Shown: one piece after another, positions 27,581 through 35,873 of the stretch
Numbering within the stretch: position 1 is the first letter of the stretch
Layout of the letters: each line of letters begins with the position of its first letter
Assembly (NCBI GenBank): GCA_002708935.1
Contig: PAPO01000024.1
Coordinates: 50,826-114,825, forward strand
Origin: Acidimicrobiaceae bacterium
GTDB lineage: Bacteria; Actinomycetota; Acidimicrobiia; Acidimicrobiales; Poriferisodalaceae
Reading direction: 5' to 3'
DNA: 64,000 nt
Made by a program: the position numbers and the translations under genes
Notes under the pieces: generated by a model
Database searches by the model: none
Seen by the model: only the letters and a program-made list of their open reading frames with translations
What the model was told of the DNA's origin: nothing

Positions 27581-28174
27581 TTATCTCTTAGGTAGGACGT
27601 CGGCAAACGTGTCCCACTGTTTCCAGTCAGGCTCGGGTGGTGCAACTGAGCCGCCTGGAGCGAATTCGGAGATGGTCCCCGATTCGAGATCGTGGATGTA
27701 ACGGGGGCAGTTAGGAAAAATTCTGGTTAATTGAACTTCGACCACTGCCTCGGCTCCATCGAAGTCTGATAGCGCTGCTTCGTCGAGCAGAATGCTGGCG
27801 GTGCCGTGAATTCGAATTCGATTGGCTTTTGCGTTCTGTCGGATGAACAGCAATGCGACATTGCTGGTTTCTTGGATGCTCCCTAAGGACCGGTACATAC
27901 CGTTTCCGTCGTAGGACGGGAACCGCAGGGTTTGGTGATCGAGAACTTTGACGAACCCAGGGCGACCGCCTTTGTAAGAAACGTCGGGAAAACCTTCGCC
28001 ATCTACGGTCGCCAAGAAGAAATAGCTAGCTCGCTCCAGATATGCAGCAGTCTGATCATCTATTGACGTGCTTACGGTTACTTCGTTGAGACGGTCTGCC
28101 AGCCTCCGCGCATCGAAGTGGTCTTGCATGGCTCTCGCCCCGGTTCCGTACAGTTCGCCAGGAGATTCAGTCAT
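27581..28174 (-). CDS. Pyridoxamine 5'-phosphate oxidase-fold (FMN/F420-binding split barrel) family protein
   Basis: 197 aa. FFLATVDGEGFPDVSYKGGRPGFVKV and RIRIHGTA are typical of PNPOx-like proteins. Confidence 0.65.
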   Translation of the reverse strand: MTESPGELYGTGARAMQDHFDARRLADRLNEVTVSTSIDDQTAAYLERASYFFLATVDGEGFPDVSYKGGRPGFVKVLDHQTLRFPSYDGNGMYRSLGSIQETSNVALLFIRQNAKANRIRIHGTASILLDEAALSDFDGAEAVVEVQLTRIFPNCPRYIHDLESGTISEFAPGGSVAPPEPDWKQWDTFADVLPKR

Positions 28175-28212
28175 AGGTACAGACTAGGCCGAGAGTAAAG
28201 AGCGCCTCCTTG

Positions 28213-28962
28213 TTACGGAGTGGGTTTGTGTGCTTTACGGGAACCAGCCTCCCAGTCCTCCATAACCGGAGCTGATTCGAGCGTTCCTAGGACGTTTATT
28301 TGAGGAGGTTCGCGGAGTGATCGCTTCATCTCTGCGAAGCCCGGGAAGCTGGCTAACTCGATGACAGCGTTCCACAGGGGAACCGCGTCATCGTCACTCG
28401 GCACTCTTGAAATAACGGGACCAAAAAAAGACAGGCCTGTAGGTGGTTGAAACGAGATGATCGGAGTTCCTACGTCTCGGCCGGTTCGGGAAAGAGCCAG
28501 TTCAGTTTCGTTTTCAATTACGTCGTCCCACTCAGAATTATCCACGGCCACGGCATGCCTGGTCGGTAGGCCCGCGGTTGCGAGACACCTTTCCGTGTGT
28601 TCAACAGTGCCCAGTTGTTTTCGTAAACCCGGTTGTTGATCTAGTTCCCAATAGTGGGTACCAAATGCCGCATACAGAGCTGACATGGCACTGCGTCCCT
28701 CTTCTTCTCGGACCTGTGCCGCCGCCCTTAGAAAACGAAGCCCCGAGGTATGTCCTTGTTCGTAGCCGGCTGGAAAGTCAGTGTCGTAGTTCTTCTCTTT
28801 GTTAAGTATCCGCAACGAGATAAATCGCCAATCAACCGAATAGTCAGTTTGGGCAGCGACTTTCTCTATCCACCTGGAGGTCACCCAAGCAAAAGGACAA
28901 ATAGGATCCCAAAAGAACTCGATGTCGTAATTGTCTTCACTCATACCCGACATGGTTACCAC
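28213..28962 (-). CDS. DsbA-fold thioredoxin-like protein, Rv2466c-like (mycothiol-dependent reductase family), monothiol CPFA variant
   Basis: DIEFFWDPICPFAWVTSRW compares with mycobacterial Rv2466c FWFDPLCPWCWITSRW. The C-terminal FFGPVISRVP...LWNAVIELASFPGFAEMKR also matches. The start is probably ATG 28944 (MSEDNYD). Confidence 0.65.
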   Translation of the reverse strand: MVTMSGMSEDNYDIEFFWDPICPFAWVTSRWIEKVAAQTDYSVDWRFISLRILNKEKNYDTDFPAGYEQGHTSGLRFLRAAAQVREEEGRSAMSALYAAFGTHYWELDQQPGLRKQLGTVEHTERCLATAGLPTRHAVAVDNSEWDDVIENETELALSRTGRDVGTPIISFQPPTGLSFFGPVISRVPSDDDAVPLWNAVIELASFPGFAEMKRSLREPPQINVLGTLESAPVMEDWEAGSRKAHKPTP

Positions 28963-29854
28963 GTCTGCGCCTATGGTCGATTGGGTGAGTGAAAATGAAC
29001 AAATCCCGGGCAGTATTCCGGAGCCAGAAATGCTCGATTCGGCTGGCGGGGGACGTATAGCTCTCCATTGTCTCGGAGGAGAGGGACCGCCGGCACTCTT
29101 CGTTCACGCTACGGGTTTCAATGCCCGCACCTATGGTCCATTTGTCAGCGGTCTCGTTGACCGATTCACAATATGGGCCCCGGATTTGCGATCTCATGGA
29201 TGGAGCACTCCACCTAGCGATGGCGACTATGAGTGGACGAGCCTTGCAGAGGATTTATTAGTTGTGGTCGACCATCTTGAAATCAAGACAGGGGAACTTG
29301 ACTGTGTCGGTCATTCTGTAGGCGCCGCAACCCTTCTGTTAGCGGATGCTTCCCGGCCCGGTTTGATACGGCGCATGTATGGCTATGAACCGGTTATGTG
29401 GAGACCCGGTGAAGCTTTCCCACCGGGCCAGAACCCACTGATCTCGGGAGCCGAAAAAAGGCGCGAGGTCTTTGGCTCTCGAGCCGAAGCCCTGGAGAGA
29501 TTTGCCAGCAGACCACCGTTTTCTACCTGTAGGTCCGATGCACTGCATAGCTATGTCGCGAATGTCTTCGAGGATCTAGAAGACGGCACGGTGCGTTTGC
29601 GGTGCAGAGGTTCCGAAGAAGCTCGGGTCTATGACGGTGAACGAGTGTCGACGAACGACAAAATCCGCAACTGCAAAGCAAAAGTTGTGATCGGTAAGAG
29701 TGGTGACCATGGTTTCGGAAATCTTGGAGAACCAGCGGCAGAAGCCCTAGATAATTCTCGAACGATTGATTACGAGGGTTTGACTCACTTTGGTCCACTT
29801 GAAGCACCCGGTCGTTTGTCCAGTGATGCATTGGCAGCATTGTCGGTCTCTTAA
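28931..29854 (+). CDS. Alpha/beta hydrolase (start uncertain; in-frame ATGs at 28952, 28973 and 29030 avoid overlap with the divergent gene)
   Basis: Nucleophile elbow GHSVGA, an HATGF oxyanion region, and a late histidine (LTHFGPLE). Confidence 0.7.
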   Translation: MSSLIPDMVTTSAPMVDWVSENEQIPGSIPEPEMLDSAGGGRIALHCLGGEGPPALFVHATGFNARTYGPFVSGLVDRFTIWAPDLRSHGWSTPPSDGDYEWTSLAEDLLVVVDHLEIKTGELDCVGHSVGAATLLLADASRPGLIRRMYGYEPVMWRPGEAFPPGQNPLISGAEKRREVFGSRAEALERFASRPPFSTCRSDALHSYVANVFEDLEDGTVRLRCRGSEEARVYDGERVSTNDKIRNCKAKVVIGKSGDHGFGNLGEPAAEALDNSRTIDYEGLTHFGPLEAPGRLSSDALAALSVS

Positions 29855-30621
29855 CTAATAGGGGTAATGCCCTGCGTTGAGAGGAACGAAACGATTTCTT
29901 CAATGAGGACATCGGGCTGATCCTTGTGTGCGATATGTCCACACTGTGAAATGAACTTACCGACTGCTTGTGGGACCCTCTGGACAATTCCATGAACCAT
30001 CTCCGCGGTGGCATATTCGTCTTGGTCTCCTTGCAATACCAGTAAAGGACAAGAGATGTCGCCGAGAATTCCGCAGATGTCAAAGGTCTTAAAACTTGGG
30101 TCCAACCAAATTGTGGACCAGCGATCAAACGCAGTATCTGGCTGATGGTGATGGCGTGCCATGCCCTCGACGATTTGATCGCGTCGCTCTTTCGCGACCC
30201 GCACTCCGTTCAGCCCGGCTGGTTCAACGAAAATATGTGCGGCGATAGTAATTGCTCCGACTGGATCTAAAAGGTCGGACGCGGCCGCTATTAATGCAAT
30301 CGATGCTCCATCGCTATGGCCAAGGAGGATCGGTTGGCTTATCTCGAAATTTTGAAGAAGAGCGGGCAATATTTCCAAAGCCTCGCGATGCATGAAATCT
30401 GGTCCGTACTGGGCTGGGCCTGATTCGGATCGCCCGTATCCGCTTCTGTCATATGCGACAACCGGTAAACCTGTCGCGACGTGAATACGGTCAGGAAAGT
30501 CGCGCCATTGGGTGATTGACCCCAGCCCCTCGTGCAACATGACGATGGTCGGCCCAACTCCGATCGCCCCCGTCGTCTCAACAGCTAGGCGAAGGCCCGA
30601 TATCTCGTGAATATCAGTCAT
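29851..30621 (-). CDS. Alpha/beta hydrolase
   Basis: 256 aa with an HEGLGS oxyanion region, nucleophile elbow GHSDGA, and late histidine GHIAHKD. Confidence 0.75.
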   Translation of the reverse strand: MTDIHEISGLRLAVETTGAIGVGPTIVMLHEGLGSITQWRDFPDRIHVATGLPVVAYDRSGYGRSESGPAQYGPDFMHREALEILPALLQNFEISQPILLGHSDGASIALIAAASDLLDPVGAITIAAHIFVEPAGLNGVRVAKERRDQIVEGMARHHHQPDTAFDRWSTIWLDPSFKTFDICGILGDISCPLLVLQGDQDEYATAEMVHGIVQRVPQAVGKFISQCGHIAHKDQPDVLIEEIVSFLSTQGITPIS

Positions 30622-30668
30622 GAGTCTTTGTCGCTGATTGGCCGACTAGGCATGAATTTGCAGCTACT

Positions 30669-31205
30669 TTGCCGGTAATGGTGTTTAGTCCGATCATTGG
30701 AACCCTGATCTATCTCCTCGATCGCGACAGTAATAGTGTTCTGCTGATAAATCGTGATGCCCGACCTGATGATGATCATTACGGAAAGTTCAACGGCCTC
30801 GGGGGAAAACTCGAAGTAGATGAGTCAGTGATAGCCGGAGCACTTCGCGAACTTACAGAAGAGGCCGGCGTGACAGCCACTTCGCTTTCTTTGAGGGGCA
30901 CCATCAGTTGGTCAAATTTCGGTCCCAAACGTGAGGAGTGGTTGGGCTTTGTTTTTCTTGCAGATGCTTGGGAAGGGGAACTCTTGTCTAGTAACGATGA
31001 AGGCTCGCTTGTTTGGGTCCAACTGGAACGGCTCTTGCAAGCGTGTGACCCTAACCCGGGCCTCCGAGCCTCAGCGGACCTTCCGATGTGGGAAGGAGAT
31101 CGCCATTTTATACCTTTGGTGTTTGATAATGATGAGCGACAGTTCCACGGATCGATGCCCTATGACGGCGACAAACCCCTTGGTTGGACCTACCAAAGGG
31201 TGTAG
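30669..31205 (+). CDS. NUDIX hydrolase (MutT-like)
   Basis: Nudix box GGKLEVDESVIAGALRELTEEAGV (GX5EX7REUXEEXGU). Confidence 0.8.
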   Translation: MPVMVFSPIIGTLIYLLDRDSNSVLLINRDARPDDDHYGKFNGLGGKLEVDESVIAGALRELTEEAGVTATSLSLRGTISWSNFGPKREEWLGFVFLADAWEGELLSSNDEGSLVWVQLERLLQACDPNPGLRASADLPMWEGDRHFIPLVFDNDERQFHGSMPYDGDKPLGWTYQRV

Positions 31206-31208
31206 CGG

Positions 31209-32627
31209 TTAGAGCCGGACATACTCGTAGTCAACGGGCTGAGTGTTAATTCCCGCTGTGGGAGCTGAAATCCAACTCGCCATTTGACCAGCTTCATATA
31301 CCGGCTGCATTAAGGAGAGCACGAAGTCTCGGTCTGAATCAGTTGGGAGGAAGTTAGGCGCCAACTCATTCCACTCAGCCTCGGAAGTTATTTCACCGTC
31401 GGGAGTAACAAATTGGTTTTGATGCACTCCAACTTGTCGGTGGAATGCCTCGTGAGGGAGTCCCAGCTGAAGGTCAACCCCGTTTTCTTCGAGGATGCGG
31501 TTCCATCGACGTAGACCTTTTGCGCAGTCATCAATGTAGGAGCGTCTTAGCTGCTGGTTTACAACCGCGATCGCGGGTCGAGTCGTTTCAGTCCACTGGC
31601 CATCCACTATTTCGATTATTGAGTCCTGTTCATCGACCAGTAAGTGATCATCTTTATAGGAATCCTCAGCGAACCTTCCCTTTAATCCAGCTGAATAGTA
31701 ATTCGCTGCATTCGTTGAGGTTTCAGATCCGAACAAGTCCAGAGAAACCGAGAAGTGAAAGTTTATGTATTTTTGGAGAGTTGGTAAGTCAACAACCCCA
31801 TAGCTGCGAACATCATCGGTGTTGTGTTCATTCATAACGTCGCAGGTCCGTTGAATGACTCGACCTATACCTGAAGCGCCCACGAACATGTGGTGGGCCT
31901 CTTCTTTCAACATAAAATCGCAAGTTCGACTTAACGGGTCAAAAGCTGACTCTTTGAGAGCTCCCAACTGATACTTGCCATCCCGGTCTGTGAAGTAAGT
32001 AAAGAGTAAATAAGACAACCAGTCCGATGTCTTCTCGTTGAAAGCACCCAGGATGCGAGGATGGTCGGGATCGCCGGAGTTCCTCTCCAAGAGAGCGTCG
32101 GCTTCGTCTCGCCCGTCCCGACCAAAATAGGCATGAAGTAGATACACCATCGCCCACAGGTGGCGCCCCTCTTCCACATTTATCTGAAATAAGTTCCGCA
32201 AGTCGTAGAGCGAAGGAGCTGTCTGACCTAAGTATCTCTGTTGCTCGACGGACGCTGGTTCTGTGTCACCTTGCACCACGATTAATCGCCTGAGTTCGGT
32301 TCTGAATTCACCAGGCACTTCATGCCAGACCGGCTGCCCTTTAAGTTCGCCGAACCCGATCCGCCGATCAGTTTCCGGCTCGGAAAGAAATATGCCCCAG
32401 CGATATTCGGGCAGTGTGACGTGAGAGAAGTGAGCCCAACCTTGTTGGCCAACGTCTACTGCCGTGCGTAAATATATTTCTTTGTCTTGAAAGTTGGCTG
32501 GTCCCATTTCAGACCACCAATTAGCGAATCGAGGTTGCCAACTTTCCAGTGCACGTTGGAGGCGCCTGTCGCCAACGAGATCGACATTGTTGGGAATTTT
32601 TTCTGAATAATCGATTTCTTTAGTCAT
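31209..32627 (-). CDS. boxB: Benzoyl-CoA 2,3-epoxidase (benzoyl-CoA oxygenase) component B, diiron protein
   Basis: 472 aa. The N-terminus IDYSEKIPNNVDLVGDRRLQRALESWQPRFANWW and the diiron EExH-type helices (EEGRHLW, EEAHHMF) match BoxB as I recall it. Confidence 0.85.
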   Translation of the reverse strand: MTKEIDYSEKIPNNVDLVGDRRLQRALESWQPRFANWWSEMGPANFQDKEIYLRTAVDVGQQGWAHFSHVTLPEYRWGIFLSEPETDRRIGFGELKGQPVWHEVPGEFRTELRRLIVVQGDTEPASVEQQRYLGQTAPSLYDLRNLFQINVEEGRHLWAMVYLLHAYFGRDGRDEADALLERNSGDPDHPRILGAFNEKTSDWLSYLLFTYFTDRDGKYQLGALKESAFDPLSRTCDFMLKEEAHHMFVGASGIGRVIQRTCDVMNEHNTDDVRSYGVVDLPTLQKYINFHFSVSLDLFGSETSTNAANYYSAGLKGRFAEDSYKDDHLLVDEQDSIIEIVDGQWTETTRPAIAVVNQQLRRSYIDDCAKGLRRWNRILEENGVDLQLGLPHEAFHRQVGVHQNQFVTPDGEITSEAEWNELAPNFLPTDSDRDFVLSLMQPVYEAGQMASWISAPTAGINTQPVDYEYVRL

Positions 32628-32651
32628 CTGGTCGTGTGTTTGGTGCTGTCT

Positions 32652-34250
32652 TTAGGTGCGTCGGTTATCAAATTCGGGGCGAGACCCGCTGCCATAGCGT
32701 TGAAGTGCTCCCAGCGGTCCGCTTGCATTTGATCTAGTAAATACCCAATTCTGCCAAGCTGAAAGCCGAGCGAAAATCTTTGTAGCCATAGTTTCAGGGC
32801 CAGAGAACCTTAGGTTCGCCTCCATTGCCGTCAAAGCGTCTGCTGAGAAGCTAGATCTTTCCTCAATAAAGAGTCTCAGTTCATCATCCCAGTCCAAATC
32901 ATCCGGGGTAACGCTAACTAACCCCAGTTGTGCTGCTTGGTCAGCCAAGATGCTTGCATTGGAGTAAGAAAGGGCTTCCAAAGCTTCTTGGTCACCCCAA
33001 AAACGAGAATTCAATCGACTCAAGTTATTCCACATCGGCATTACTCCGAAGTTGGTGTAGGTCAGAAGTATTGACGCCGCTGGTAGAGGGCTGTCGTGGT
33101 CTTCGAAGCGCCCGTCAAGCATAAAAATGCGATCTGCCGCAAGTGCCAATTCGAAAAGAATTCCGACGAAACAGGAGCCAGGTTCGATGGCAGCGACCAG
33201 CGTCTTGGCAGTCAAATCGAGCCTTGTTAAACATTTTTTCCACAGAAGCTGGATCTCAGCGATGCCATTTGTCGTCGAATCAAAAAGTCCAGAATCCATC
33301 TGCGTCGCATGGTCAATAGAGCCTTCTGTCCGCAAGATCAATGTACCGATGTCGGGATAGTCGAATCGAAGGCGGCAGAGAACGTCATCCAGTTCAAGGG
33401 CAGTTCGGAGTAGCCACTCAGGATCAGCGTCTACGAACACCTTCAGTTCTGCGTGGCTGGCGAACAGGGTTACCTTGACCCAGCGGTAGTCGATACGATC
33501 CTCAGCAATCTGTACTTCTATCGGGGAGAGATGAACAGGTTCGGCTTCCACCCGGACGGTAGAGGCTGCAAGTTCGCTTGCTCGATGGGCGACGGCATCG
33601 TCGAAGTTTGTCGGAGTGGCGAGTTCATCGACTAAGCCCCAGTCCAACGCTTCTTGGCCGGAGATGCCCTCTGCCTTCGCTGCAAAAATGTCAGCCCTAT
33701 CCCGTCGGATGTGTCTTTTGTCTGTGAGGCGAGTCAGTCCGCCAGTTCCGGGAAGAACTCCTAGTAGCGGAACTTCTGGCAAGGAAACGGAAGTGCTTTT
33801 GTCATCGACGAGAAGAATATGGTCACAAGCGAGCGCTAACTCATAACCGCCACCTGAGCAGGCTCCATTGATGGCGGCTAGGAACTTGATCCCACTTAAG
33901 GCGCTGGCTTCTTCGATCTCCAATCTTGTTTCGTTGGTGTATTTACAGAAATTGATTTTGTGGGAATGGTCGGCGGCTGCCAGCATTCGAATATTGGCAC
34001 CAGCACAAAACGTCCCTTCTAAGCCACTCGTAATTACGACACATTTCACGTTCGGGTGAGTAAGACGGATGTGACGGATGGCATTTGCTAGCTCGATGTC
34101 GACACCTATGTCGTAGCTGTTTAGCTTCAATTCATATGCGCCAAATGTTGCGGCCGCCGGGTCGACAGTAAGCGTCAAGGTTGCTATTTCACCGTCGATT
34201 GAGAAGACCCAATGTCGAAATTTGTCAGGCGTGATATCAAAAGTGGTCAC
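32652..34250 (-). CDS. boxC: 2,3-epoxybenzoyl-CoA dihydrolase (benzoyl-CoA-dihydrodiol lyase), double crotonase fold
   Basis: 532 aa. ELKLNSYDIGVDIELANAIRHIRLTHPNVKCVVITSGLEGTFCAGANIRML matches the BoxC signature region. Lies immediately upstream of boxB. Confidence 0.8.
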   Translation of the reverse strand: MTTFDITPDKFRHWVFSIDGEIATLTLTVDPAAATFGAYELKLNSYDIGVDIELANAIRHIRLTHPNVKCVVITSGLEGTFCAGANIRMLAAADHSHKINFCKYTNETRLEIEEASALSGIKFLAAINGACSGGGYELALACDHILLVDDKSTSVSLPEVPLLGVLPGTGGLTRLTDKRHIRRDRADIFAAKAEGISGQEALDWGLVDELATPTNFDDAVAHRASELAASTVRVEAEPVHLSPIEVQIAEDRIDYRWVKVTLFASHAELKVFVDADPEWLLRTALELDDVLCRLRFDYPDIGTLILRTEGSIDHATQMDSGLFDSTTNGIAEIQLLWKKCLTRLDLTAKTLVAAIEPGSCFVGILFELALAADRIFMLDGRFEDHDSPLPAASILLTYTNFGVMPMWNNLSRLNSRFWGDQEALEALSYSNASILADQAAQLGLVSVTPDDLDWDDELRLFIEERSSFSADALTAMEANLRFSGPETMATKIFARLSAWQNWVFTRSNASGPLGALQRYGSGSRPEFDNRRT

Positions 34251-34376
34251 GTTGTCAACCTAAGGGAGTGGCTTTTCTGGATATCGCGGTCAACTCTTGA
34301 TATGCCTTTCGCATTTTCGTCCCACACTCTAAACACGTGAGAGGCTGTAACTCATGGCTAGCAGAAGGGAATTTTC

Positions 34377-35873
34377 TTGACCAGTAATGCGTTACACAGG
34401 TTCCTTATTGATCCGGCGGCTATTGCGCCGGATGCGGTTGCGTTAACGGATGCTCCAACTGGGGCAACGACAACTCGGCATGAGTTGTTGGAAGAGGCGC
34501 AAGCTGTAGCGCGGCTGCTTTCGAAGCAGGGTGTGGTTGCAGAACAAAGAGTTGTAATGTGCTGCACCGACACCAAAGCATTTCTGGCATGGTTTTGGGG
34601 CGCGATGTGGATAGGCGCTGTACCCGTCCCAGTTTCGACGATGCTCACAGCGAAGGATTACAAGTTCCTTATAGAAGACTCACGTGCTGTTGGAGTGACG
34701 TACTCTCCTGTTTTCAGCGCCGCGATGAACGAAGCCGCTGTTGACCAGCCGTTTCTTGAATGGATGCAGGTCGATGAAGAAATCCCAGATCTAGTTGAAG
34801 AAGTAGATCTGGGAGAACCGTTTCCAGCTGTCGACGATGACATCGCGTTCTGGCTGTACACATCTGGTACGACCGGTTTTCCCAAAGGGGCGATGCACCG
34901 GCATGTGGACCTCGGGTTTTGTACCGACGTGTATGCGAAAGCAGTACTAGAGATGGGTAGTAATGATGTGGTCTACTCGGTGGCCAAACTGTTCTTCGCA
35001 TATGGACTCGGAAATGCAGGATATTTTCCAGCGGGGACCGGCGCCCAATCAGTTCTTAACCCAGGTCGACCGATACCTGAAGAGATTTCGGCTCACGTGC
35101 TTTTGTATCGCCCAACAATTTTTTTCGGGGTTCCGACCTCGTTCGGTCAATTGTTGAGTTCGGATGTACCCGACAACACGTTCGCATCGGTGAGGATTGC
35201 TGTTTCCGCGGGTGAACCACTTCCACCTGACATACATCAGCGATTCAAAGAAAGATTTAATGTTGAAATTTTGGATGGTCTGGGAACAACTGAACTTGCC
35301 CATATTGCTATCTCCAATAGGCCGGGTTGCTCCGTGCCAGGAACCAGCGGGACCGTCGTGGAAGGGTACGAGGTATCCCTTCGCGATGAGAGTGGAGAAG
35401 AAGTGCAAGACGGAGAAGCCGGCAGGCTCTACGTAAAAGGAGAATCGGTGATGGTCGGGTATTGGAACCGAACCGACCAGACGCGGCAAGCATTATCGGG
35501 CGCGTTTCTGGCTACAGGCGATACGTATATCCGCAACCCGGACGGCACTTACACATGTCTAGGAAGGTCAGACGACATGTTGAAGGTAGGAGGAATCTGG
35601 GTCAGTCCAACTGAAGTTGAGTCTTGCATCCTCGAACTCAAAGAAATAGCGCAAGTAGCTGTTGTTGGAGCAGACGATGAGGAGGGACTCGTCAAACCTA
35701 AGGCTTTTGTGGTTCCCGAAACGTCATCGGCGGAGGCTGATCTCGGGAGCTTGGTACAAGAACACGTTAAAGAGCGTTTAGCACCGTTCAAATACCCCAG
35801 ATGGGTCGAAATAGTTGACGAGCTTCCACAAACTGCGACGGGGAAGATCAAGCGGTATTTACTTCGCTCTTAG
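34377..35873 (+). CDS. Benzoate-CoA ligase family protein
   Basis: 498 aa (TTG start), with YTSGTTGFPKGAMHRH and GRSDDMLKVGGIWVSPTEVE typical of benzoate/4-hydroxybenzoate-CoA ligases. Divergent from boxC. Confidence 0.75.
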   Translation: MTSNALHRFLIDPAAIAPDAVALTDAPTGATTTRHELLEEAQAVARLLSKQGVVAEQRVVMCCTDTKAFLAWFWGAMWIGAVPVPVSTMLTAKDYKFLIEDSRAVGVTYSPVFSAAMNEAAVDQPFLEWMQVDEEIPDLVEEVDLGEPFPAVDDDIAFWLYTSGTTGFPKGAMHRHVDLGFCTDVYAKAVLEMGSNDVVYSVAKLFFAYGLGNAGYFPAGTGAQSVLNPGRPIPEEISAHVLLYRPTIFFGVPTSFGQLLSSDVPDNTFASVRIAVSAGEPLPPDIHQRFKERFNVEILDGLGTTELAHIAISNRPGCSVPGTSGTVVEGYEVSLRDESGEEVQDGEAGRLYVKGESVMVGYWNRTDQTRQALSGAFLATGDTYIRNPDGTYTCLGRSDDMLKVGGIWVSPTEVESCILELKEIAQVAVVGADDEEGLVKPKAFVVPETSSAEADLGSLVQEHVKERLAPFKYPRWVEIVDELPQTATGKIKRYLLRS

